Notes under the pieces: generated by a model
Told to the model about the DNA's origin: nothing
The model's database searches: none
Seen by the model: only the letters and a program-made list of their open reading frames with translations
Shown here: piece by piece, positions 26,537-37,480 of the stretch
Layout of the letters: each line of letters begins with the position of its first letter
Numbering within the stretch: position 1 is the stretch's first letter
Made by a program: the position numbers and the translations under genes
NCBI RefSeq assembly: GCF_036321535.1
Contig: NC_087437.1
Span: 4,402,001-4,466,000 of the forward strand
Source: Camelus dromedarius
Taxonomy: Eukaryota
DNA: 64,000 nucleotides
Reading direction: 5' to 3'

Positions 26537-26662
26537 TTTTTTATATTTTGGGGGGGAGGGGGGGTAATTAGGTTGATTGACTGTAACAAAGGTGGTGAGG
26601 ATTGAACCCAGGACCTCGTGTATGCTAAGCACATACTCTGTTGCTGAGTTACACCTTCCCTC
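26537..26662 (-). mobile_element. tRNA-derived SINE (vic-1-like)
   Basis: Reverse-complement A and B boxes, target duplication ctgaaggataa(a)ggg. Confidence 0.88.
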
Positions 26663-27289
26663 CTGAAGGATAAGGGTTTGATGGTAGGCATTTCAGACTG
26701 ATGGGGTAGTGTGTTCAACAGCAGAGACAGAGGTGGAAAAGTATGACACATATACAGCAAATGGTGAGCTGTTCAGCTTGGCTAGTGGTTAGAATGCATA
26801 AAGGGGCTTATCAGGAGATAAAGCTCAGTAGTTCTCTACCAACAGAGTGGAACCCTTCCCCAGGGGACATTTAGAAGTATATGGTGGTGTTTTAGATTAT
26901 CGTAAGATTCAGGGATGCTACTGGCAGGAATTAGGCATGTTAAACCTTCAGCAACTCACAGGACTATCCTACGCTATGAACTGGATCATTCAAAATGCCA
27001 ACAGCATCTCCCCTGAGCATCTTGAATGCCAAACTAGGGAGGGACTTCATTTAATCTATGGTGAAAAGCCTGACTGCCCCTTCTTCTGGAAAAGGCATAT
27101 GGTAACTTGGATTATTGTTCAGAAATACTCACTCCCTACACCTCACTTCATGAGAGGAATATATTTTTAAAGTTTTTTTTAATTTTTATTTTTTAATGGA
27201 GGTACTGGGGACTGAATCTACATTCTTCCATATCCAGTTATATCCAACCCCCCAACTCAGGAATGTATTTTCTTACTCCACTAATGACG

Positions 27290-27645
27290 AGATAGCCATA
27301 TGACCCTCTTTAGCCAATGGAATATCAGCAGACAATGAAGCAGAAGTCTGAAAACTGCTTATGCAGTTGGGTTTTCTCTCTTACACCTCTGTAATCACCA
27401 TGAGATGGATATGCCCAGACTAGCCCAGTGACCCCAGGAGGAAGGGGAGAGCTATGGAGCAGAACCAAACGTAGATCAGCCAACTCTCAGCCAAACCCCA
27501 TTCCTGTGAATAAGCCCAGGCAGGATGAGTAAAGCCCAGTGAAGCTGAGCCCAGCGAAGCTCAGCTGATCCATGAAAATAAATGTTTCTTTTCAGCCACT
27601 GACTTTTTGGATGGCTTGTTATGCAGCATCCTTAGCTAGTGACCA
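27290..27645 (+). mobile_element. MaLR (MLT1-like) LTR relic
   Basis: tagccaatggaatatcagcaga ... aataaatg...agccactga...ttgttatgcagca. Confidence 0.6.
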
Positions 27646-27847
27646 TAATTATCCTCAACAAGTGACCGTAATTATCCACTCCAAGGTAAGTGCCTGAGGC
27701 AAACCCATGCCTCTTCCTCTCCCCATCCATTGATGCTACTGTCCTGGCACTAGGAACCCAGAATGCCCTCTCCTCTGCTCTTTCCCCAGACTCTCCTATT
27801 ATGCTGAGACCACCTGGTGGCTCACACACCGAGGGACCAAACCTTAC

Positions 27848-28453
27848 CTGCTATCGGCTCCTTCTCTGCCTCGCTGTTGAACTTGAGCTGCCCAGTCCCT
27901 TGGATCACTGAGCTCATATCCTGTGTCACCTGTCTGACACCATCTTGTCCTTGCATCTCATATACAAGGGGTGGGGTCCCCATCCCCTCCAGCTCTCTCC
28001 TGTCAAAGTCTTGGACACCCACGGACATGACTTTCACGCCTTTCTCCCTCAGTGTCTGTGCTGCATCCCCGACCTCATCTCCAGATCTGCCTGAGGTGAT
28101 GACCACTGCATACTGGGGAATGCCCTGGAGAAACCGGCTTCCTGCTGCCTCCTGGAAGAAGGTCTGATGAATGTATCGCAGAGCTTTGCCCGTCCTCCTG
28201 GGACCTCCCCGGAGCACAAAGTGATCATGGATGTGAGCAGTCATCTCATCCTGGGTCTGGTAGGTATTAAGCAAAAATTCTGTGTGACCTTGGCCACCGT
28301 ACTGAGCCAGCCCAATCCGGTACTTGTCCCTGCCAACATCCAGCATGCCCACCACCCTGGAGATGAAATTCCGCATCCACTGGAAACTGGTCCACGATGT
28401 GTTCTGTGACGTGTCAGCGAGAAAGACTACATCTGCATAGGGCTGGGTGTATT
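27848..28453 (-). CDS. COL6A4: COL6A4 exon, VWA domain 3 (606 nt, phase 1-1)
   Basis: ORF 27822..28502: ADVVFLADTS...RIGLAQY. Acceptor tttccag|, donor G|GTAAG. Confidence 0.95.
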
Positions 28454-28684
28454 CTGGAAATAAAGAGAGAATGGGGAGGAAAAGACACAGGGGAGAAAGC
28501 ATATCAAATCAAGACCTCATGAACATTGAATACAAAGTACTTTTAATCCTCATTAACCATCCTACTAGGCAAGTATTAGCACCTTCACTGTGCAAATGAG
28601 AAAAGTGAAGTGAAAACGTGACGCTGCTTGTCATACTCACATAACTAGAAAGTGGCAAAGCCAGGATTTTAAAAACAGGTCTTC

Positions 28685-29416
28685 TGCTGGAGAGGGTGTG
28701 GAGAAAAGGGAACCCTCCTACACGATTGGTGGGAATGTAGTTTGGTGCAGCCATTATGGAAAACAGTATGGAGGTTCTTAAAAAACTAAACATAGACCTG
28801 CCATACGATCCAGCAGTCCCACTCCTGGGCATATATCTGGAGAAAACTAATTTGAAAAGACACATGCATCCCAATGTTCACAGCAGCACTATTTATAATT
28901 GCCAAGACATGGAAGCAACCTAAATGTCCATCAACAGATGACTGGATAAGGAAGTTGTGGTATATATACAATGGGATACCGCTCAGCCATAAAAAAGAAT
29001 AAAATAATGTCATTTGCTGCAATGTGGATAGATTTAGAGATTATCATACAAAGGCAAATATCATATGATATCACTGATAATTTGGAATCTAAAAAACAAT
29101 GACATAAACAAACTTATTCACAAAGCAGCAACAGACTCACAGACATAGAAAACAAACTTATGGTTAACAAAGGGGAAGGGGGTGAAGGATAAATTAGGAG
29201 TTTGGGATTAGCAGATACAAACTATTATATACAGTGTAGATAAACAACAAAGTTCTTCTGTAGAGCACAGGGAACTATATTCAGTATCTTGTAATAACCC
29301 ATAATGAAAAAGAATACATACATATATTTTATATATATATATATATATAAATAACTATACTGTACACCAGAACCTAACACAACATTGTAAATCAACTATA
29401 CTGCAATTAAAAAAAA
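28685..29416 (+). mobile_element. 5'-truncated L1
   Basis: ORF2 end and 3' UTR with target duplication aggtcttc. Confidence 0.88.
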
Positions 29417-29663
29417 GGTCTTCCAGACGCCACAACATGCTGTTTCCTCTGAACAGCATGGTAGGATGCTCTGTCCTATCCATGAGAACTCTGTTAATTT
29501 CAGTCCGCAGCTCAGATGCTCCTTCATCCAGGAAACACCCTCACATCCTCCAGTGATGGTGAACACCTCCTGGTGCTGCCCTCCCGCTACACTCAGTGGC
29601 TCTTGGCCTGTATTACAATTAGGCGTCCTGGTTGAAATGTTGGATTTTGACACAACTTCTTAC

Positions 29664-30251
29664 CTTTAATCTTGCTCTCCACCACCGAGCACAGAGTCTG
29701 AAGAATGCTTCCAGAGAAATCCTGCAGGATGTTGAAGTTTTCAGTGTTGAAGAGGAACTTCTCAAATGGTTCACTGGCTATCTTTTGCAACTCCTGGACA
29801 TCCTGGACGTTGACCCCAACCACGTACACAACAACCCCGTCTTCTTTCAACCGGTCAGCTGCCTCCTGGACTTCATCATTTGACTCCCCATCTGTGACCA
29901 GGATAACTATCTGGGGAACCCTGTCCTTGGCCCGGCTGCCAGCCACCTCAGTCAAGTAGTTGGTCCTGATGAACTCCAGGGCACTCCCCGTGTTTGTGCC
30001 TCCCGTCCGGTAGGGCAGATTCCAGATCTGCTCCAGGACCACACTCTTCAGAGGATACTGGTTCAGCCGAAAGGCTGGGTAGATGTTGTCATTATACTGA
30101 GCAAGTCCCACTCGAACCTGGTCACTGCTGATGTCAAGCCCCAAGACTACAGAGTGAAGGAAGTTCTTCACTTTCTGGAAGTTCTGGGGCCCGATGCTGG
30201 TCGAACTGTCTACTAGGAAGACAATGTCGGCCAGGACTGCTTCTCCGCAAG
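29664..30251 (-). CDS. COL6A4: COL6A4 exon, VWA domain 2 (588 nt, phase 1-1)
   Basis: ORF 29593..30297: ADIVFLVDSSTSIG...VILVTDGES. Acceptor ctcttgcag|, donor G|GTAAG. Confidence 0.95.
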
Positions 30252-30689
30252 CTGCAAGAGAGGATAAAAGGGGCGGGGTCTGTGGGTCTTCACTCAAAAT
30301 GCTTAGAACCAGGGGAACCAGACTGTGAACAGAAAAGGAGCGAAATGCCAGGAACCCTGTACACAGTGGTCCTCAGACACCCTGAGCGACAGCATGCTCG
30401 GAGCAGTGACAGCACCCCTGGATCTAGGAATAATATTATCCTAGGAACAGATATTTTTTCCTTCAAAAGCAGACTTACACTACATCCATATGGAGACCAT
30501 CATAAAGCCCACAGGGTTTATAAAAAGAGTTGGAAAGTCTTTGATCATTGATTGGAGAGGAGCATAAAGTGTAGACAGTTTAGTGAAATTTTACTATTAA
30601 AATTAAACATGCACACATATGGAAGGCATATGGGGGAGGGATGAATAAAAGATCAGAAGTAGATCAGAAATAAGAGGAAAGCCTTGTAC

Positions 30690-31292
30690 CTGGAGAGATG
30701 TGGCCAACAGCTGGAGCTGCATTTACCAAAGTATTACAGAGTTCCTGCTGCAGCTTCGGGGCCAGGCTGCCCAGACCAGAGAGGCTGGGAACAATGGAGA
30801 CAAATTTCTCGGCAGGGCGACTTGCAATCTCCCCGAGCTCCGCGGATCCCGTGTCTCCGACGCCCACCACATAGAGGAGGATGCCCGCCCTCCTAAAGGC
30901 CTCGGCTTGATCCCACGCATGGTCCTCCGGCTGGCCTGTGCTGAGCACCAGGGCAACCTGGGGCACGCCCTGGCTCGCGCGGCTCCCCGCTGTCTCCTGG
31001 AAGTGATGATCCAGGAGGAACTGCAGGGCCAGGCCCAACTTGTGGCCCCCAGGCTTAAATGGAAACCTCTGGATGTGTCTCAGCACTTCGCCTTTGCGGT
31101 GGTAGGTGGAAAGGAGGAACTCGGACCGGGGCTCGTCGCCGTACTGGGCCAGCCCCACGCGGACCGCCTCTCGGCTGACCTTGAAGCTGTTGACCACCAT
31201 GTACAAGAAGCCCCGCACACTGCGGGTGTCCTGGGGGTTGATGCTGGTGTCCACCAGAAACACGACATCTCCCACAGTGGCCTCCCTGCAGA
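30690..31292 (-). CDS. COL6A4: COL6A4 exon, VWA domain 1 (603 nt, phase 1-1)
   Basis: ORF 30664..31275: GDVVFLVDTS...RVGLAQY...AGSRASQGVPQV. Acceptor ctctctcccccag|, donor G|GTACAA. Confidence 0.93.
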
Positions 31293-31334
31293 CTGGGGGA
31301 GAGAGTCCACTTGAGATGAAACATTACAAAATTG

Positions 31335-31679
31335 ATAGCCAAGACATGGAAACAACCTAAATGTCCATCAACAGATGACTAGATAAAGAAGTTCTGGTAT
31401 AATTATGCAATAGAATACTACTAAGCCATGAAAAAGAATAAAATAATGCCATTTGCAGCAACAGGGATGGACCTAGAGGTTGTCACACTAAGTGAAGTAA
31501 GTCAGACAGAGAAAGGCAAATATCATATGATATCACTTATATGTGGAATCTTAAAAAAATGATTTAAATGAACTTATTTACAAAACAGAAAGAGACTCAC
31601 AGACATAGAAAACAAACAGGGTTACCAAAGCAGAAAGGAGGGAGGGATAAATTAGAAGTTTGGGATTAGCAGATATAAA

Positions 31680-31754
<75 letters not shown>

Positions 31755-31921
31755 TTAACAGCAAGATCCTACTGCATAGCACAGGGAAATATATTCAATA
31801 GTTTATAATAACCTATATTGAAAAAGAATCTGAAAAAGAATATATACATGAATAACTGAATCACTTTACTGACACCTGAAACTAACACAACATTGTAAAT
31901 CAACTATACTTCAATTTAAAA
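31335..31921 (+). mobile_element. 5'-truncated L1 with long internal (TA)n (31683-31750)
   Basis: atagccaagacatggaaacaacctaaatgtcc and 3' UTR motifs. Confidence 0.88.
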
Positions 31922-32369
31922 GAAATAGTTTCCTCTATTGAGTTTCCTTTCCCCCTTTTCTCTTTCTTTTTTTCTTCTGGTAAATTCCATAGAATCACGT
32001 TCTTTTATCTTGGTTTGTAATGAAGCATCCATCTGTGTGCTTATTTGATTAATCACAATCTCCCCAGCTAAACTGTGAGTTCCATGAAAGCAGATGCCAT
32101 ACGTTTTGTTTGTCCACCACTCAAGTGTCATACGTAGAGTAGTCACCCAAAAAATATTTGAAGAAGGAAATGTTTGGGAAAGAGAGAGGGAGAGAGGGAG
32201 GGAGAAGGGAGAAGGCATCCTTGCAAGGATGGAAGTATTGAACATTAATGAAACCAAATAAGGGAATCAGACAATTTTAGAGCTAGAATAATCCTATGAG
32301 ACTCTGCCATGCAATACTATAGCCACGAAGTACATGTGGCTATTGAGCACTTGAAATGTAGCTAGCATG

Positions 32370-34009
32370 GACATATTTCACAGAACTAGAACAAATCATA
32401 ATAAAATTTATATGGAACCATCAAAGACCTAGAATTGCCAAAGCATTACTGAAGAGAAAGAAAGAGGCTGGAGGAATAACTCTCCCAGAGTTCAGACAAT
32501 ACTATAGAGCTACAGTCATCAAGACAGCATGGTATTGGTACCAAAACAGACCTATAGACCAATGGAACAGAATGGATAGCCCAGAAATGAACCCACAAAC
32601 TTTTGGTCAACTAATCTTCAACAAAGGAGGCAAGAATATACAATGGAATAAAGACAGTCTCTTCAGCAAATGGTGTTGGGAAAACTGGACAGCAGCATGT
32701 AAAGCAATGAAGCTAGAACACTCCCTTACACCATATACAAAATCAACTCGAAATGGATCAAAGACTTAAACATAAGACAAGATACAATAAACCTCCTAGA
32801 GGAAAACATAGGCAAAACATTATCTGACATACATTTCAAAAATTTTCTCCTAGAAGAAATAAAAGCAAGAATAAACAAATGGGACCTAATGAAACTTACA
32901 AGCTTCTGCACAGCAAAGGAAACCAGAAGTAAAACAAGAAGACAACCTACGGAATGGGAGAAAATTTTTGCAAATGAAACCGACAAAGGCTTGATCTCTA
33001 GAATATATAAGCAGCTCATACGACTCAATAAGAAAAAAATAAACAACCCAATCCAAAAATGGGCAGAAGACCTAAACAAGCAATTCTCCAAGGAAGACAT
33101 ACAAATGATCAAAAGGCACATGAAAAAATGCTCAATATCACTAATTATCAGAGAAATGCAAATCAAAACTACAATGAGGTATCACCTCACACCAGTCAGA
33201 ATGGCCGTCATTCAAAAATCCACAAATGACAAATGCTGGAGAGGCTGTGGAGAAAGGGGAACCCTCCTACACTGCTGGTGGGAATGCAGTTTGGTGCAGC
33301 CACTATGGAAAACAGTGTGGAGATTCCTCAAAAGACTAGGAATAGACTTACCCTATGACCCAGGAATCCCACTCCTGGGCTTGTATCCAGAAGGAACCCT
33401 ACTTCAGGATGACACCTGCACCCCAATGTTCATAGCAGCACTATATACAATAGCCAAGACATGGAAACAGCCTAAATGTCCATCAACAGGTGACTGGATA
33501 AAGAAGAAGTGGTATATTTATACAATGGAATACTACTCAGCCATAAAAACCGACAACATAATGCCATTTGCAGCAACTTGGATGCTCCTGGAGAATGTCA
33601 TTCTAAGTGAAGTAAGCCAGAAAGAGAAAGAAAAATACCATATGAGATCGCTCATATGTGGAATCTAAAAAACAAAAACAAAAACAAACAAACAAACAAA
33701 CAAACAAAAACAAAGCGTAAATACAGGACAGAAATAGACTCATAGACAGAGAATACAGACTTGTGGTTGCCAGGGGGTTGGAGGGTGGGAAGGGATAGAC
33801 TGGGATTTCAAAACTGTAGAATAAACAAGATTACACTGTATAGCACAGGGAAATATACACAAAAAGTTATGATAACTCACAGAGAAAAAAATGTGACAAT
33901 GAGTGTGTATATGTCCATGAATGACTGAAAAATTGTGCTGAACACTGGAATTTGACACAACATTGTAAAGTGATTATAAGTCAATAAAAAATGTTAAAAA
34001 AAAAAAAAA
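32370..34009 (+). mobile_element. Young 5'-truncated L1 (1.64 kb)
   Basis: ORF2 C-terminal ORF 32889..33668 (259 aa), poly(A) tail, exact 17-bp target duplication gaaatgtagctagcatg at 32353-32369 and 34010-34026. Confidence 0.95.
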
Positions 34010-34031
34010 GAAATGTAGCTAGCATGAGGTT

Positions 34032-34146
34032 GAGGGGGAGGGTATAGCTCAGTGGTAGAGCACATGCTTAGCACACATGAGGTCCTGGGCTCAATCCCTA
34101 GTACCTCCATTAAAAAAGAAAGAAAGAAAAGAGAAAAAATGTTTTT
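34032..34146 (+). mobile_element. tRNA-derived SINE (vic-1-like)
   Basis: gggggagggtatagctcagtggtagagc...gggctcaatccc followed by an A-rich tail. Confidence 0.9.
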
Positions 34147-34222
34147 AAATGTAGCTAGTATGATTGAAATGAAATTTTAAATTTTACTGAATTTTAATTT
34201 AATTTAAATAGTCACACGTGGT

Positions 34223-34361
34223 AGGGGTGATATTTAGTTCAAGTAGTAGAGTGCATGACTAGCATGCACAAGGTCCTAGGTTCAATCCCCAGTATCTCCT
34301 CTAAAAAATAAATAGATAAATAAACCTTATTACGCTCCCCCGCAAAATAAATAAATAAGTA
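34223..34361 (+). mobile_element. tRNA-derived SINE (vic-1-like)
   Basis: Degenerate A box, B box ggttcaatccc, flanking duplication agtcaca(c/t)gtg. Confidence 0.85.
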
Positions 34362-34653
34362 AAGTCACATGTGCCTAGTGGCCACTGTGTTGAACACTGC
34401 AAGTTTAGTAGGCATTCCATGAGAATTGCCCCATAGGTAGATATATTTCTAATGTATTTGTGGGAGACAATCAGCTCCGTGTCCTTCTGTTCTGCCATCT
34501 TGAAGCCCGTCTCCCAGTGCAAGTTTAGAATAATGAATTCAACTCATCCATCAAAGTAAGTCACGTAAATCTGTTTAAAGAGCCAGTACTAGAAACTAGC
34601 GCCCATGACATGCACTCCCTATCCTAGACTGTCAGAGAGAAGGTTAAATGCAA

Positions 34654-34766
34654 GAGGGAAGGATATAGCTTAGTGGGAGAGCACTTGCCTTGCATGCACA
34701 AGGTCCTGGACTCAATTCCCAGTACCTCTATTTAACAAAATAAACTTAATTACCCCCCGCAAAAAA
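34654..34766 (+). mobile_element. tRNA-derived SINE (vic-1-like)
   Basis: A and B boxes, flanking duplication agaag(g/a)ttaaat(g/t)caa. Confidence 0.85.
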
Positions 34767-35894
34767 AGAAGATTAAATTCAAAGTCCATCTTATGGAAAA
34801 ACAAAGATCACTTGAGCGTTAGGTGAGAGTTAGGCAGAGAAGGGCTGGAGAAGGTTGGTGTAATTCAGGGATGATAAACACATTTGTCACTTCCAGAGTC
34901 CTGAGTCCCACCTCTCAGAGGTTTGCCTCATCTTGATCACAAGGCCAAGGGAAGTCAAGATTATTGAAAAGGTAGATAATAAATGAGCTTAAGGTCCTTT
35001 AAGCTTTACTTCCCTTTGACCCTCCAAAATATATTCCTCTTGGGAGGAGAGGATTCAGTAAGAACTCCAGGCATGGCTGACTGGTTGATCCCCTTAAAAT
35101 CTCTTTCAGAAAGAAATCAAACACAGACCAGGAAGTGTGTCCTGATCTTTCCAATCAGGAGACACCTCATGGTTGTGGAATTTATTTTTTAGGCAAATAA
35201 GTGTTAATTTCCTCAGGTACAATGTGAGAGCTGTATTACATTTTCATGCAGTGTGACTTTAGAAGGTGTTCAAGGCGTGAGAAGCCTTGCTGTCACAGCT
35301 GCTGCTCACGGTGAGAGGACTCCAAGTCCACGGGAAACCCAGAGAGCTTTGTGTTTTTTCCCCTACAAATAACAGTCTGTGCAATTATGCTTGAATATTT
35401 AAACCTCAATACTGTCTCACTGGGAGCTTCAGGCTACTCCTACAATCTTCTCTTAGTGATTCCATATTGAAAAGTCCCAATGATCTGTTACAATGACTGC
35501 AAAAAAAAGGAATGCAGAGATGTCACCAGCCCTCGGAAAAGCTATCCATCTTGCGATGACAATTACCACTCAGAAACCACAGTCGAAGGAGACAAAGCAA
35601 GATGCAGAGTCAGTAGAACAGCCCCACATTTACAAAAGCACCTGAGAGCCTGGTAACACATTCAGAAGGGTAGCATTTTTTAATACCTATTTTATGTCAT
35701 TTGAGGTTAAGCTTTGGGAGAAAAAAAAAATGAAGTGCCCACCATTTGCAAAAAGCTGCCAGATTCTAAGGTCCCCTGAAAAGAATCATTTCCCTTTGGT
35801 TAATTACGAAACTCCTGTAATATTTTCTTTTAATATTGTCACTACCACTAGATTCCTGGCAAGGTTATTATTTTTGGCTTAAAGAATGCATTAC

Positions 35895-35967
35895 CAATTC
35901 TCTGTGACTTGACGCCAAAACTCGCCGCAAGGAAGACTATCCCCCAAAATGTCTTCCAAGTCTCCAT
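35895..35967 (-). CDS. COL6A4: COL6A4 first coding exon, signal peptide (METWKTFWGIVFLAASFGVKSQRI, ends in phase 1)
   Basis: Read manually; too short for the ORF track. ATG at 35967, hydrophobic leader, donor G|GTAA at 35895/35894, upstream acceptor ...ttctctccag| at 35986/35985. Resembles the mouse Col6a4 N-terminus as I recall it, and splices in frame to VCREATVGDVVF. Confidence 0.9.
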
Positions 35968-36724
35968 TCTAGATGTGATGTGCCCCTGGAGAGAAGAAAC
36001 CTCACAATTAAATTCATGTCTTCACACACTTAAAGTGATTGCATCATATTGTTTATTCATTATACCTCAATACAGTTGATTTTTCTAAAAAAATGCAACT
36101 ATGTCTTTCCCCAGACCAACAAAACCTTTATAAAAATTAAGGAGGACATGTTGCCACATCATTTCAGTTGTGCGAGGAAAGTGGTCTTGCTGACCCAACT
36201 CAGGAAGAATTTTGTAAACACTTGGAGTATATACCTCAGACCTCAACTGTTTGAGTTATCCAGATATGGCTATAAAAGGAGAAAGTATATAGGGTATGAA
36301 GTAGAGCTACTGTTTCTCACACTCAATTCATTTGGTGGAACATAAACCTTTCTGGATGATTTCGCTTGTGTTTTTATACAAGCGTTGGATGACCTGATAA
36401 ACATTGTGGCATGCAGAAATACTCAAGTAGCTCAGAAGCACATCTGCCTGATAAAATCAGCATAGCCTGAAAATACTTTTTAAGTTCCCAGAGGGAGCAG
36501 AACACCAGACTTCCCCCCCACCCCGAAGCTTGATCTATTTTCGAAGGCTCTCACGTAAGTGATCCACTCCCAATTCCATTTCTAATTTTTGACTCTAAGA
36601 AAGTCCATATGTTTAAAAATAAGAACAACACAGCAATCATATTGCATGAGCTGTTCCAACTGGAGCAGGGAACACCTCATCTTTATCTTCTTAGCAAGCC
36701 AACCTCACAGCTATCCTCAGCAGA

Positions 36725-36965
36725 ATTAGTGGGGTTAAAAGTAAGGATTCTTGGAGACAGACTGCCTGGGTTTGAATCCCAGATCTGCTGCTTAAGGGTT
36801 GATCTTGGACCAGTTGCTTCACTTCTCAGTTTCCCCATTTGTAAAATGGGGGCAATAATAACACCTACCTCGTAGTCTTGTGATCGGGGTCATATGAGTC
36901 CATTATTGTAAAGCACTTTAACCCATGCCTGGCTCATGGAAAGCACTCTTTAAGTGCTCGTTAAA
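36725..36965 (+). mobile_element. MIR-like SINE relic
   Basis: ctgggtttgaatcccag...ctcagtttccccatttgtaaaatggg...aaagcactta core. Confidence 0.75.
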
Positions 36966-37393
36966 TAAGTCTTCTTGGAAACCCAATATGTAAAAGTAGA
37001 AACAGATTCCCCCTACTTTGAGACTCAGAGTCTGTGGAGGTAAAAGAACACTAATGCTTTGTTATTAATAAAGCAGTTATTTTGTTGTTTATATTTTACT
37101 TCCTCTTTTTTATTTAATTGATCTCATTTTCATTTTCAGTTGGTTGCTGCTTTGTGCTAATATCTCCATGTTCCTCACCTCAAATCTGGGAAAGGCCAGC
37201 AAAGAAGGCCTTCCTCTGCACCTTTTGTTGATAGAAATGAAGAAATCAGGTCCCAGAAAAGTGTAAGATGCATCCCCGGGCTACACAGGCATGCACCATC
37301 AGGTTCTGTTCTAGGTGACCTGACTCCAGGTCCAGCGCATGGCTGGACGTCTACTTCAAACCCCTCAGTGAAAATCTACAAGTCCAGACTCAC

Positions 37394-37480
37394 TCAGCTC
37401 CCCAGAGTCCACGTCATGCAGAATGAAGACCTGGGAGCAATTTGCCTTGGGGTAAGATGTGAGCTCAAGCCCTTTATTCA
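37394..37480 (-). promoter_or_regulatory. Candidate COL6A4 core promoter and non-coding exon 1
   Basis: The ATG exon has a clear acceptor, so an upstream exon is likely. Donor-like GTGAGT at 37393-37388 and TATA-like AATAAA at 37478-37473. Motif evidence only. Confidence 0.25.

Larger units (their letters stand above)
32311..34400. mobile_element. MER3-like hAT MITE split by one L1 and two SINEs
   Basis: Fragments catgtggctattgagcacttgaaatgtagctag / aattttaaatttt...aaatagtcaca / catgtgcctagtggccactgtgttgaacac. Confidence 0.7.

Noticed and set aside
17136..31360. Plus-strand ORFs overlapping VWA exons (for example 30700..31314, 17136..17492)
   Set aside because: Antisense shadows of GC-rich coding exons with no independent evidence.
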